A DNA stretch of 47,886 nucleotides from a virus (Duplodnaviria > Heunggongvirae > Uroviricota > Caudoviricetes), in IMG/VR virus record IMGVR_UViG_2563366951_000006; one strand, given 5' to 3'. Shown here in pieces: positions 1 through 8,316 of the stretch (positions are counted from its first letter, which is position 1; every line of letters starts with the position of its first letter). A program made the position numbers and the translations under genes. Below the pieces are notes generated by a model, which was given only the letters and a program-made list of their open reading frames with translations, ran no database searches and was not told the DNA's origin.

Positions 1-483
1 ATGACGAAGAAAAAAGCACATAAACCTGGTTCAGCGACCATCGCGCTTAACAAGCGCGCCCGTCACGAATACTTTATCGAAGAAGAGTTCGAAGCGGGAC
101 TTGCCCTGCAAGGCTGGGAAGTTAAATCCCTGCGCGCAGGAAAAGCCAATATCAGCGACAGCTATGTCCTTCTGCGTGACGGAGAAGCGTTCCTGTTTGG
201 CGCAAACATCACGCCAATGGCAGTGGCCTCCACGCATGTGGTGTGCGATCCTACCCGTACCCGCAAGTTACTTCTCAACCAGCGCGAACTGGACTCATTG
301 TACGGTCGCGTCAATCGAGAAGGCTATACCGTAGTGGCGCTCTCCCTGTACTGGAAAAATGCCTGGTGCAAAGTGAAAATCGGCGTCGCCAAAGGTAAGA
401 AACAGCACGATAAACGTTCAGATATCAAAGAGCGCGAATGGCAGGTGGATAAAGCGCGTATCATGAAAAACGCCCACCGTTAA
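1..483 (+). CDS. smpB: SsrA-binding protein SmpB (trans-translation)
   Basis: 160-aa ORF recognised over full length as enterobacterial SmpB ([25 protein letters not shown]...); sits directly upstream of the tmRNA gene. Confidence 0.96.
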
Positions 484-697
484 ACCTGCACTCCAATTAT
501 TGACCAGTTCCTCACCGCGCCTCCCTCTCCGGCGGCGCGAATGAACATCTTATTGGCTATCACATCCGACACAAATGTTGCCATCCCATTGCTTAATCGA
601 ATAAAAATCAGGCTACATGGGTGCTAAATCTTTAACGATAACGCCATTGAGGCTGGTCATGGCGCTCATAAATCTGGTATACTTACCTTTACACATT

Positions 698-1060
698 GGG
701 GCTGATTCTGGATTCGACGGGATTTGCGAAACCCAAGGTGCATGCCGAGGGGCGGTTGGCCTCGTAAAAAGCCGCAAAAAATAGTCGCAAACGACGAAAA
801 CTACGCTTTAGCAGCTTAATAACCTGCTTAGAGCCCTCTCTCCCTAGCCTCCGCTCTTAGGACGGGGATCAAGAGAGGTCAAACCCAAAAGAGATCGCGT
901 GGAAGCCCTGCCTGGGGTTGAAGCGTTAAAACTTAATCAGGCTAGTTTGTTAGTGGCGTGTCCGTCCGCAGCTGGCAAGCGAATGTAAAGACTGACTAAG
1001 CATGTAGTACCGAGGATGTAGGAATTTCGGACGCGGGTTCAACTCCCGCCAGCTCCACCA
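698..1060 (+). ncRNA. ssrA: tmRNA (SsrA), 363 nt
   Basis: Starts GGGGCTGATTCTGGATTCGACGGG; internal tag-peptide frame ANDENYALAA-stop at about 787..819; tRNA-like 3' end GGGTTCAACTCCCGCCAGCTCCACCA. Confidence 0.95.
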
Positions 1061-1065
1061 CTTTT
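1026..1065. repeat. attL core: 40-bp direct repeat (1 mismatch) of the ssrA 3' end
   Basis: ttcggacGcgggttcaactcccgccagctccaccactttt at 1026..1065 recurs at 42485..42524 with a single mismatch. Confidence 0.85.
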
Positions 1066-1182
1066 GATAGGACTGCAACCGGACAGTGGCAATAAAAACA
1101 GCCACTTACGGACACTAACCAGACAGCATGCAGACCGAGAAAAGACAAAAATATGCACGTGAAATGCACGTGCACTTTAAAA

Positions 1183-1212
1183 GAACCCCAGATTTCACGG
1201 TCTGGGTTTTTT
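1183..1212 (+). terminator. Rho-independent terminator-like hairpin downstream of ssrA
   Basis: cccaga-loop-tctggg stem followed by a T6 tract. Confidence 0.5.
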
Positions 1213-1331
1213 CTATTTGTAACTAAGGGTAACAAATTCCCCTCCCCCTTTCGCGTCCCGCTCGCCTTGACACTGTTTATTTTTACAGTAAAAATACTGT
1301 ATGCAATCACAGTGGTTTTCCGGAGGCATTT

Positions 1332-1571
1332 ATGTTCGTTGAACTGGTTTATGACAAACGCAATGTAGAGGGGCTTGAAGGGGCCAGAGAAATTATTCTG
1401 GCCGAGCTGACGAAGCGGGTGCACCAGATTTTCCCTGATGCCGAGGTGAAAGTGAAGCCGATGCAGGCAAACGGCCTGAATAGCGATGCCAGTAAAAGCG
1501 ATCGGGAAAAGCTGAACCGCATGCTGGAGGAGATGTTTGAAGAGTCGGATCATTGGTTAAACAATATTTAA
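1332..1571 (+). CDS. DinI-like protein
   Basis: 79-aa ORF with the DinI-family pattern (EL..R....FPD.E..V, C-terminal acidic segment ending DHW). Confidence 0.65.
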   Translation: MFVELVYDKRNVEGLEGAREIILAELTKRVHQIFPDAEVKVKPMQANGLNSDASKSDREKLNRMLEEMFEESDHWLNNI

Positions 1572-1665
1572 ATTCAATCTGTTAACGGCTAAGGAATATT
1601 TTTAGGAATATTTTGTTGTCATTTTTGTTGTTGATGGTACTCTTATCATTATCATCAATAACAGA

Positions 1666-2286
1666 GTGCGAGTTATGTCCCTTATCTCTAAAGAAGAAGC
1701 ATTGCTGGAACTTGAACCCTATTTCCCTCTGTTGCGAAAAGCTGTACATGCTGCATGGAACTCTTGGGTTACGGGTCCAATAGCACCTCGCATGCAGCAC
1801 AAGCGCGTCCGTGCAAATCTCGTATGGAATGATTATTTTTTCGAGATGATAAAAGAACTTTCAACAGGTGAACACAAAGGCATTAGGTTTGCAAAAATAC
1901 CTTATAATCAAGGGTTTGCAGTTAATGACAGATTCTTCATTAAGTTTAAAAAGGCAGACTCCAACTTCCTTTCCTCCAACCTTCAGACTCAATCAGCTAT
2001 GAAATATCATGACCCAGAGATTGATATGTTTGGCGGAGAAGTTCGCTTAGAGTTGCTGTATGTTTTAGACGATGATGGGATCAACATTGACAAAATTGCA
2101 ATTGTTCAAAGAAAAGACAAATTTGTCGCTTGGGCAATAGATATTGAAGGCGATAATGTTGCTGAAATTCCTCATACATTTGAACCAAGCACAACCGAGA
2201 CAGCTAAAACTGTCGCGAAAAAAGTTATCAAACCTCGCAAACATGCAAAAGAAAACGTGGTAAACAAAGATGGCACAAATTCCTGA
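1666..2286 (+). CDS. Hypothetical protein (206 aa), upstream partner of the HTH-ImmA gene
   Basis: AT-rich ORF; alternative ATG at 1675; 3' end overlaps the next ORF by 17 bp, suggesting translational coupling; no family recognised. Confidence 0.55.
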   Translation: MRVMSLISKEEALLELEPYFPLLRKAVHAAWNSWVTGPIAPRMQHKRVRANLVWNDYFFEMIKELSTGEHKGIRFAKIPYNQGFAVNDRFFIKFKKADSNFLSSNLQTQSAMKYHDPEIDMFGGEVRLELLYVLDDDGINIDKIAIVQRKDKFVAWAIDIEGDNVAEIPHTFEPSTTETAKTVAKKVIKPRKHAKENVVNKDGTNS

Positions 2287-3355
2287 ATCTCTCTCTTTGA
2301 TTAGAAATGAGATGATCGAGCTTCGCCGCAGAATGCTTGGAATCAGCCAAAAAGTTTTATCAGAAAAAGTGGGAATGTCCCAAGGAACCCTTTCGAAGAT
2401 AGAACAGGGACTTAAAGCTGTAACACCAGAACAAGCTCAGAAACTTTCTGAGGCATTATCATGCCCACTAAGTTTTTTTACGATGTCAGAACGCTTATAC
2501 GGTGGGCCAATCAGCGCGGCTCCAATGTATAGAAAAAAAGCATCTGTGGGTATAAAGGTTTTAGATCGCCTCATAGCAGAGATTAATGTACGAATAGCTC
2601 ACATTAGAAAACTTCTTCAGTTCGTTGATTTTGAACCAGAGTTTGAATTACCTTCATATGATCCTGACGACTACAACGGTGATGCGACTGAAATTGCAAG
2701 AAATACGCGAAAAAGTTGGTATATGCCCGCAGGTCCGGTGAAAAACTTGATCGAGGTTCTTGAAAGAGCTGGATGCTTAATAATCGAGTGTGACATGGAT
2801 GACACTGGCTTATCTGGGGTTAGCTACAACCTTCCAGGATTACCACCGATTATTTTCATCAACAGAAATCAGCCCCTTGACAGATATCGTTTTACACTAG
2901 CGCACGAGCTTGGCCATTTAGTCATGCATAAATCGCCCAATCCAAACATGGAGAGCGAAGCTGATGCTTTCGCAGCAGAATTTTTAATGCCTGCACGTGA
3001 CATATCTCCCTATCTTCGTGATATGAGCATTGAAAAAGCTGCAACCTTGAAGCCTTACTGGAGAACCTCAATGGCCTCCGTAATTTTCAGAGCCAAAACT
3101 TTAGGATATTTAAATCAGGGACAAAATGAATATATCTGGCGTCAGATGTCTGCACGCGGATACAGACTCAATGAACCAGTACAATTATCTCCTGATAATG
3201 AAAAGCCAACATTGTTAAAAGAGATATTTGAACACGTCAAACAAGAGCTTGATTATGACGAAAGCGAATTATCGCAAGTATTCTCAATACATTATGATGA
3301 AATAGAACAACTTTACCCTATTAACAAAAAAACTGGCTTAAGATTAGTTAAATAG
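2270..3355 (+). CDS. XRE-family HTH fused to ImmA/IrrE-type zinc metallopeptidase (COG2856-like)
   Basis: N-terminal HTH (ISQKVLSEKVGMSQGTLSKIEQG); C-terminal HEXXH motif (LAHELGHLVMH) with downstream EADAFAAEFLMP. Confidence 0.8.
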   Translation: MAQIPESLSLIRNEMIELRRRMLGISQKVLSEKVGMSQGTLSKIEQGLKAVTPEQAQKLSEALSCPLSFFTMSERLYGGPISAAPMYRKKASVGIKVLDRLIAEINVRIAHIRKLLQFVDFEPEFELPSYDPDDYNGDATEIARNTRKSWYMPAGPVKNLIEVLERAGCLIIECDMDDTGLSGVSYNLPGLPPIIFINRNQPLDRYRFTLAHELGHLVMHKSPNPNMESEADAFAAEFLMPARDISPYLRDMSIEKAATLKPYWRTSMASVIFRAKTLGYLNQGQNEYIWRQMSARGYRLNEPVQLSPDNEKPTLLKEIFEHVKQELDYDESELSQVFSIHYDEIEQLYPINKKTGLRLVK

Positions 3356-3357
3356 AA

Positions 3358-3386
3358 CCAACCCGGCCACCGCGCCGGGTTTACTT
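3358..3386. terminator. Bidirectional terminator hairpin between convergent genes
   Basis: cccggc-caccgc-gccggg stem-loop followed by a T-rich run. Confidence 0.5.
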
Positions 3387-3389
3387 TGA

Positions 3390-3695
3390 TTATTTTTCCG
3401 GCATGTTAAGCATTTGACGCAATTTTTTATTAACTTCTTTCTTCCGTCGAGTAAACGCCTCCTCAGCATCAGCCTTTCGTTCCTTGTCTCTTAGCTTGGT
3501 CGGCTCAACTTCCACTGCTAACAAAGCAGCCTGACAATCTTCTTTCGTAAACAGATAGGGTGATTTTGGCCTGTCGCTTACCCGGTAGGCTTTGAGCCTG
3601 CCTTCAAGAACCCATTTAGTCACTGTGGCCGTCGAGATACCCAGCAATTCAGCAACTTCCTTTCTCGTCATTGTAAGTCTATCCATATCATTCAA
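3390..3695 (-). CDS. Excisionase/AlpA-type HTH DNA-binding protein
   Basis: LTMTRKEVAELLGISTATVTKWVLEGRLKAYRV matches the excisionase-family HTH pattern; basic C-terminal tail. Confidence 0.65.
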   Translation of the reverse strand: MNDMDRLTMTRKEVAELLGISTATVTKWVLEGRLKAYRVSDRPKSPYLFTKEDCQAALLAVEVEPTKLRDKERKADAEEAFTRRKKEVNKKLRQMLNMPEK

Positions 3696-3737
3696 CCTAA
3701 ATCACGCCCTACGATTAAGCCTTATTGACTCAAAACG

Positions 3738-4118
3738 TTATACCCCTTTAGATTTCCATGTTTTTATCTCAAACAAAACAGCGCAATCTCCTTCGTCATT
3801 CCAAACTGCAGAATTTACCCCCCAAAAAAGAGTAAACCTTTTCCCACCCTTGTTTCTGTCCGGTATTATATTTTTACCTGGCCGCGTATATAAAATAATT
3901 TCATCACCTTTTTTAGCATCATAAGAAGGCATCCAATAAGAATGCCTTAGCTTTGACGAAATATAACCATCATCTGTATAAGTTGTGTCCTGGAGCAGGT
4001 AATATTGCAATTTGCAATCTTCAATCACGTCCAAAACCACAAACTCTTCTTTCGCATCCCCATGATTATGGATACTTCTTATGCTTACTTTCATATTAAC
4101 ACCTCGCTTTTTAATCAA
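3738..4118 (-). CDS. Hypothetical protein (126 aa)
   Basis: AT-rich ORF upstream of and co-directional with the AlpA-like gene; no recognisable motif. Confidence 0.45.
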   Translation of the reverse strand: MIKKRGVNMKVSIRSIHNHGDAKEEFVVLDVIEDCKLQYYLLQDTTYTDDGYISSKLRHSYWMPSYDAKKGDEIILYTRPGKNIIPDRNKGGKRFTLFWGVNSAVWNDEGDCAVLFEIKTWKSKGV

Positions 4119-4173
4119 TCTTAGAGAGGTATTAGCTCTGAAACAACAAGGTTTTACGTGACTGTGGTCACGA

Positions 4174-4740
4174 CTAGGTAGTTTTATTAGCTGGAAACTT
4201 CTTATAAAGAGTGCATACCGCTACATCATAAATAATTGCCACCTGCTTCCTGTTCATGCCATTCGCAATCAGTCGGCCCGCCTGGTCCCATTGTTCTTGA
4301 GTAAGCTTCGGACGCCTGCCGCCTATCCGCCCTTTCTCCCGAGCTGCAGCCAGGCCTGCCCGGGTGCGCTCAACAATCAACTCTCTTTCCATTTCCGCCA
4401 GTGCTGACATGATGTGAAATATAAAACGCCCCATTGGGCTGGAAGTGTCGATGCTGTCAGTAAGGCTCTTGAAGTGAATGCCACGTTGTCGGAGTTCGTC
4501 CACCAGCAATACCAGGTTCCTCATGCTTCGCCCGAGGCGATCCAGCTTCCAAACAACCAGCGTATCCCCCTCCTTCAGCGTTCGCAGAAGCTTTTTAAGC
4601 GCTGGCCGGTTCGCTACCGTCCCGCTCATTTTTTCCTCAAAAACCTGTTCACATCCTGCGCGTTCGAGAGCTTGCCGCTGAAGATCAGTATTTTGGTCAT
4701 TTGTTGACACCCTTACATAGCCAATTTGCATATTTTTCAC
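4174..4740 (-). CDS. Serine DNA invertase, Gin/Pin/Hin/Cin family
   Basis: MQIGYVRVSTNDQNTDLQRQAL...VWKLDRLGRSM...YDVAVCTLYKK is near-collinear with Mu Gin; catalytic Ser in the VRVSTNDQ motif. Confidence 0.92.
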   Translation of the reverse strand: MKNMQIGYVRVSTNDQNTDLQRQALERAGCEQVFEEKMSGTVANRPALKKLLRTLKEGDTLVVWKLDRLGRSMRNLVLLVDELRQRGIHFKSLTDSIDTSSPMGRFIFHIMSALAEMERELIVERTRAGLAAAREKGRIGGRRPKLTQEQWDQAGRLIANGMNRKQVAIIYDVAVCTLYKKFPANKTT

Positions 4741-4797
4741 CCAATAAATTCTGCAAAAAAATCAGGTGAAGTTATCGGCCAGGCCGCTCAAGAGCAA

Positions 4798-4821
4798 TCT
4801 ATAAAACGTCGGTTTAGGAAG
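4798..4821. other. gix/hix-like recombination site (left boundary of invertible segment)
   Basis: tctataaaacgtcggtttaggaag; inverted copy of the site at 6347..6370; resembles Mu gix TTCCTGTAAACCGAGGTTTTGGATAA. Confidence 0.6.
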
Positions 4822-4861
4822 CAGCGCCACGAAGGACGTCGGAACGGCGGCCGGAAACGTC

Positions 4862-5602
4862 ATGCAAGTGGGAGCATTTGGGCTTGGAACTATCAACGGA
4901 GACGGCCCACTGTTGGACGCTATGGACGCATTTACACCGACCTGTTTCTCCTCCCATCAAAATGACGGGATGACCCAGCTTGGGTTAACTGCAAATACCG
5001 GTATTACGTCTATAGTCGTCAATCGGGGCAGCCGACCAACCCGTATTCATCAGGCCTACATTCTAAGGCGGACGTGGTTTTCGTATTACGGTGGTTCGTC
5101 CTGGTCATATCAGGAGGCTTACACCACGGGCAATACCACAAAGTCCAGCGATGGTACCCTGAAGGCTGCGTCTCCGGTTGCGCGCATAGTGACGAGTCGG
5201 GATGCATGCCAGCGCGCTGACGTAGCCGAAGATGGTTTCTCCTGGTGCGGCTGTGGGACAGCAAACGCAGAGGCGGAGGGCATAACCCTTTCTCGCCTTG
5301 AGGCGGGCGTTTACCTGCTGACAGGTGCAGCAGGACTGGCTTCAGAGGGATGGCAGCTACTGCCACCGATGGACCCTGGTGGAATGGGAGAACTTGGCGT
5401 GGTTGAAGCTGAGCAGACGGAAAGCGGAGGCCTGACAATCCGTCTTTTCAAGCAAAAATACATCCTGAGCGGTGAAGGTGAGATCATTAAAACCAAAGGT
5501 GAACCGATGGACGTGCCGGCGAACAGTTGGATCGATGTTCGCCTGGATATGCCATCTGATTCTCTGTTTAACCAGCGGATGAATCAGGAACTTCAGCCAT
5601 AG
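4862..5602 (+). CDS. Tail-fibre variable C-terminal cassette A (inside invertible segment, currently opposite to the tail operon)
   Basis: Frame is open from the gix site (NVGLGSSATKDVG...); shares motifs with cassette B (SDGTLKAASPV, DMPSDS.FNQR). Confidence 0.55.
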   Translation: MQVGAFGLGTINGDGPLLDAMDAFTPTCFSSHQNDGMTQLGLTANTGITSIVVNRGSRPTRIHQAYILRRTWFSYYGGSSWSYQEAYTTGNTTKSSDGTLKAASPVARIVTSRDACQRADVAEDGFSWCGCGTANAEAEGITLSRLEAGVYLLTGAAGLASEGWQLLPPMDPGGMGELGVVEAEQTESGGLTIRLFKQKYILSGEGEIIKTKGEPMDVPANSWIDVRLDMPSDSLFNQRMNQELQP

Positions 5603-6221
5603 CCTTGCGCTGATTCCAGATACTGTCCTGCGGCATCTGAACACGTACAGAGACAAATTGGTCAGAAGGGATGTCTATCGGCTCGCCATCGCTGACACCC
5701 TGTAGCTCGTTCCTGGCGAACTCTGGTGCTTCAGGATGTGTGCGGTGAAAGGTTTTCACTAACACCGATCCGTCAGCATGAACCTCATAATCCAGCCATA
5801 TCAGAGGCTGCTTGTTGCGGTCGGTGGGAATATCAAAACCGCCATCAATGCCGCCCCAGGCAGCGTCAGAGTTAAGCCCTTCACATCCTTCAATCAGATA
5901 TTCACCGATGGTCAGACGGGTTACGGTGCAGCCTTCAGATTCGTCATTAGTCTGGTATGCGCCATCTGTAAACACTTTGACCACAGGCGATGCTGCTTTA
6001 ATGCTGCCATCTGATGCAACTGTAGTGTTTGCAGTCGTGTATACCTTTTTCCAAGTGTATTGGCCTCCTTGATTGTGAGTAGTCTGAATATATGCTTTTC
6101 CATCATTAGACCAAACGAACCATGAAAAAGATGGGGCACCATCATACTGCAACTGCAGCCCGACTCCTCCACCTCCGGGGGAGTTGATCGTTGATGTTGT
6201 ATACCTACCAAATCCAAGCAC
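5568..6221 (-). CDS. Tail-fibre variable C-terminal cassette B (inside invertible segment, co-directional with the tail operon)
   Basis: GTG start at 6221; same frame stays open upstream through the gix site to 6371 (KVGLGDAATRGV...); homologous to cassette A. Confidence 0.55.
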   Translation of the reverse strand: MLGFGRYTTSTINSPGGGGVGLQLQYDGAPSFSWFVWSNDGKAYIQTTHNQGGQYTWKKVYTTANTTVASDGSIKAASPVVKVFTDGAYQTNDESEGCTVTRLTIGEYLIEGCEGLNSDAAWGGIDGGFDIPTDRNKQPLIWLDYEVHADGSVLVKTFHRTHPEAPEFARNELQGVSDGEPIDIPSDQFVSVRVQMPQDSIWNQRKAMAEVPDSSAG

Positions 6222-6346
6222 ACTCGTATCTGAAAAGTTTTCAATATGTCGCGGATTTCCCAGTCCAATAGCTCCTACAGTAGGGAGAGTATTGTGGCCA
6301 ATGCCCGGAGAGATTTTATCGCTGGTTACTCCCCTTGTGGCCGCAT

Positions 6347-6370
6347 CTCCTAAACCGACCTTTAAAATAT
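6347..6370. other. gix/hix-like recombination site (right boundary of invertible segment)
   Basis: ctcctaaaccgacctttaaaatat; shares cctaaaccgac with the reverse complement of the site at 4798..4821. Confidence 0.6.
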
Positions 6371-6410
6371 TTCACGATCCGATATGCTAGGCCGGTTCCT
6401 CTTCTGCATT

Positions 6411-7547
6411 TCACCCTTTGCTATTGTTTAAATTTTCTCCACTGCTCATTTCGTCGATTTGGAGTTTCAACCCTTTTACAGCAGCAATCAGATAGCCGAT
6501 CAGCCCCATATAATCGGCAACAAGATAATCTGTTGCTTCATCATGAATAACCAGGTCGGGAATCACTAAATCGAGATCTTGCGCAAGCGCGCCAGCGGTT
6601 AATCTCTTTGAATCTGCATTCTTATAGCGGAACGTGTAACCATCAAGCGCGGCTATCTTTTCCAGAGCCTCCGCAGGCTCGATAATGTTCACTTCCTCTT
6701 TCGCGTTCCAGTCTGACGTTAGAGTAACGCCGTTCGCCTGAACTGCACCCTTCGCGTTTATCGTCCCGTTACGAGTGTTTATGAACACCGCAGGTTTCCC
6801 GGCAACCACGCCATTTACTGGCTTGTTGTATGCAGTACAGAAGCCGATTCCGTACCAACTGACAATGTTGATGTTGGACATTGCTTCGAATGAGGCTGTG
6901 TCAGTACCTGCTTCAATAGCCCCGAACCCTCCAATTGCTACCCCGGATGATGTATCACTTGCCGCTGCAGGGATACGGATAGCAGCCGATGCAAACAAAG
7001 ATTCCCCATTCACCATGAATCCACTGACAATGACATTATTTGAATCCTGAGTAGCCAAGCTTCCTAAACCGAGGTTTTTGCGAGCGTCTTCTGCCTTCGT
7101 TGCCCCGGTCCCGCCGTCAGCGATTGCAAGCGCACCATTGCTCCCTTTCTGCGCAAGTTTACCGATGCCTGGGATGGTTACGGCGGTGCCGTTGATGGTA
7201 ACTGTGATGCTTTGGTTTGCTGAGGTGGTGGCGAACGTCTCCCACGCGCCAATATTCTCGTCATATTCTTTGATGAGCTGCGACATTGCCTGGGCCAGTC
7301 CGTCGACGGAGATAATGTCTGACACCAGAATGGCGTATTTCTGGCCGCTCAGCGCCGGAGAAGCTGCAGGCGTAATCGTCATTGACGTGGCGCTATTCAC
7401 GGATGAAATCTGGAACATCTGAACCGGGTTAGACATGACAATAATCGTCTGGCCAGCGCGAACCTGGCTGGCCGGTGCAGTCCAGTTTGTACCGGAGCCG
7501 GTTGCGGTATTTCCGTTAATAGAGATAGTTCCGGTGCTATAAATCAT
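6411..7547 (-). CDS. Tail fibre protein with C-terminal intramolecular chaperone (peptidase S74-like) domain
   Basis: C-terminus SDWNAKEEVNIIEPAEALEKIAALDGYTFRYKN...YMGLIGYLIAAVKGL matches the auto-cleaving chaperone domain of phage fibres; RBS aggag upstream. Confidence 0.8.
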   Translation of the reverse strand: MIYSTGTISINGNTATGSGTNWTAPASQVRAGQTIIVMSNPVQMFQISSVNSATSMTITPAASPALSGQKYAILVSDIISVDGLAQAMSQLIKEYDENIGAWETFATTSANQSITVTINGTAVTIPGIGKLAQKGSNGALAIADGGTGATKAEDARKNLGLGSLATQDSNNVIVSGFMVNGESLFASAAIRIPAAASDTSSGVAIGGFGAIEAGTDTASFEAMSNINIVSWYGIGFCTAYNKPVNGVVAGKPAVFINTRNGTINAKGAVQANGVTLTSDWNAKEEVNIIEPAEALEKIAALDGYTFRYKNADSKRLTAGALAQDLDLVIPDLVIHDEATDYLVADYMGLIGYLIAAVKGLKLQIDEMSSGENLNNSKG

Positions 7548-7624
7548 AACAACTCCTAAATTTAGACAACATGAAGCCCGGAGAGGTATATAACCCTCAC
7601 CAGAAATAATTTCTGAATTGGTTT

Positions 7625-7971
7625 TTAATACATGTTGGGCAACGCCAGTGTTGGCATAGCTATAGTTGTATCAAATGCCATTGACCACCCACCCAAATAA
7701 TAATTGCCGACTACTTTATTCCTTTCTGCTCTGACATTCCCACCTGTCATTACAATTCCTTTATACCTAATATTTCCGTAACCACCAACGTGTCGACAGT
7801 TAGCCCCGGTATAAACAATCTGGCAAAATTCATCACCAATATTCAGGTTCGCATTGGCGATATTTATTGTCCCATCAAAAATGAATGGCTTCGTGCAAGT
7901 AAGAAGACGTTTGCGTTGACGATTGGTTTATTCAATCCATCAACTAAAATACCATGTAAACGAATTGCCAT
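7625..7971 (-). pseudogene. Side-tail-fibre (Stf)-like N-terminal fragment, apparently interrupted
   Basis: ATG at 7971 encodes MAIRLHGILVDGLNKPIVNANVFL, which resembles the lambda Stf N-terminus as I recall it (MAVKISGVLKDGTGKPVQNCTIQL); stop after 35 codons, open frame continues in another phase to 7625. Confidence 0.4.
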
Positions 7972-8052
7972 AACATTTCCCACTTTATTTTACTTACTCA
8001 ACACAACAAGTATATTAAAATTGAACCTTGTCAACAACACAAAGGAGTCCCA

Positions 8053-8283
8053 ATGAAACTCGCTCTAATTATGCTGCCATTATGTCTGTCCCTCACTGCA
8101 TGTGGTAGTGGCCTGAATACCGGTAAACCGAATTCCGGCGTTATCCCAAAACCCTTGGATTGGGATAACGGTTCTTTAATTTATGATACCGAAAAGCTTC
8201 CAATGACTGGGCAATGGTGCCATGAGATTGCTCACGAATACCGAAGAATTGGAAGCCCTTCAAACTGTGTGATTGATTATTGA
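8053..8283 (+). CDS. Small lipoprotein moron, possible Cor-like superinfection-exclusion protein
   Basis: 76 aa; signal peptide with lipobox LTAC; opposite strand to the tail genes, immediately downstream of J. Confidence 0.5.
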   Translation: MKLALIMLPLCLSLTACGSGLNTGKPNSGVIPKPLDWDNGSLIYDTEKLPMTGQWCHEIAHEYRRIGSPSNCVIDY

Positions 8284-8284
8284 A

Positions 8285-8312
8285 AATTAACCCCTCAAAC
8301 GAGGGTTAATTA
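8285..8312. terminator. Hairpin between convergent J and lipoprotein genes
   Basis: attaaccc-ctcaaacga-gggttaat, 8-bp perfect stem. Confidence 0.5.
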
Positions 8313-8316
8313 TTTA

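Noticed and set aside
1153-1368. 71-aa plus-strand ORF right after ssrA
   Set aside because: It spans the terminator hairpin and the repeated att-arm motif and has no RBS; better explained as non-coding att arm.
996-1553. 185-aa minus-strand ORF overlapping the 3' end of ssrA and the attL arm
   Set aside because: It runs antisense through the tmRNA gene and the DinI-like gene; likely a chance ORF.
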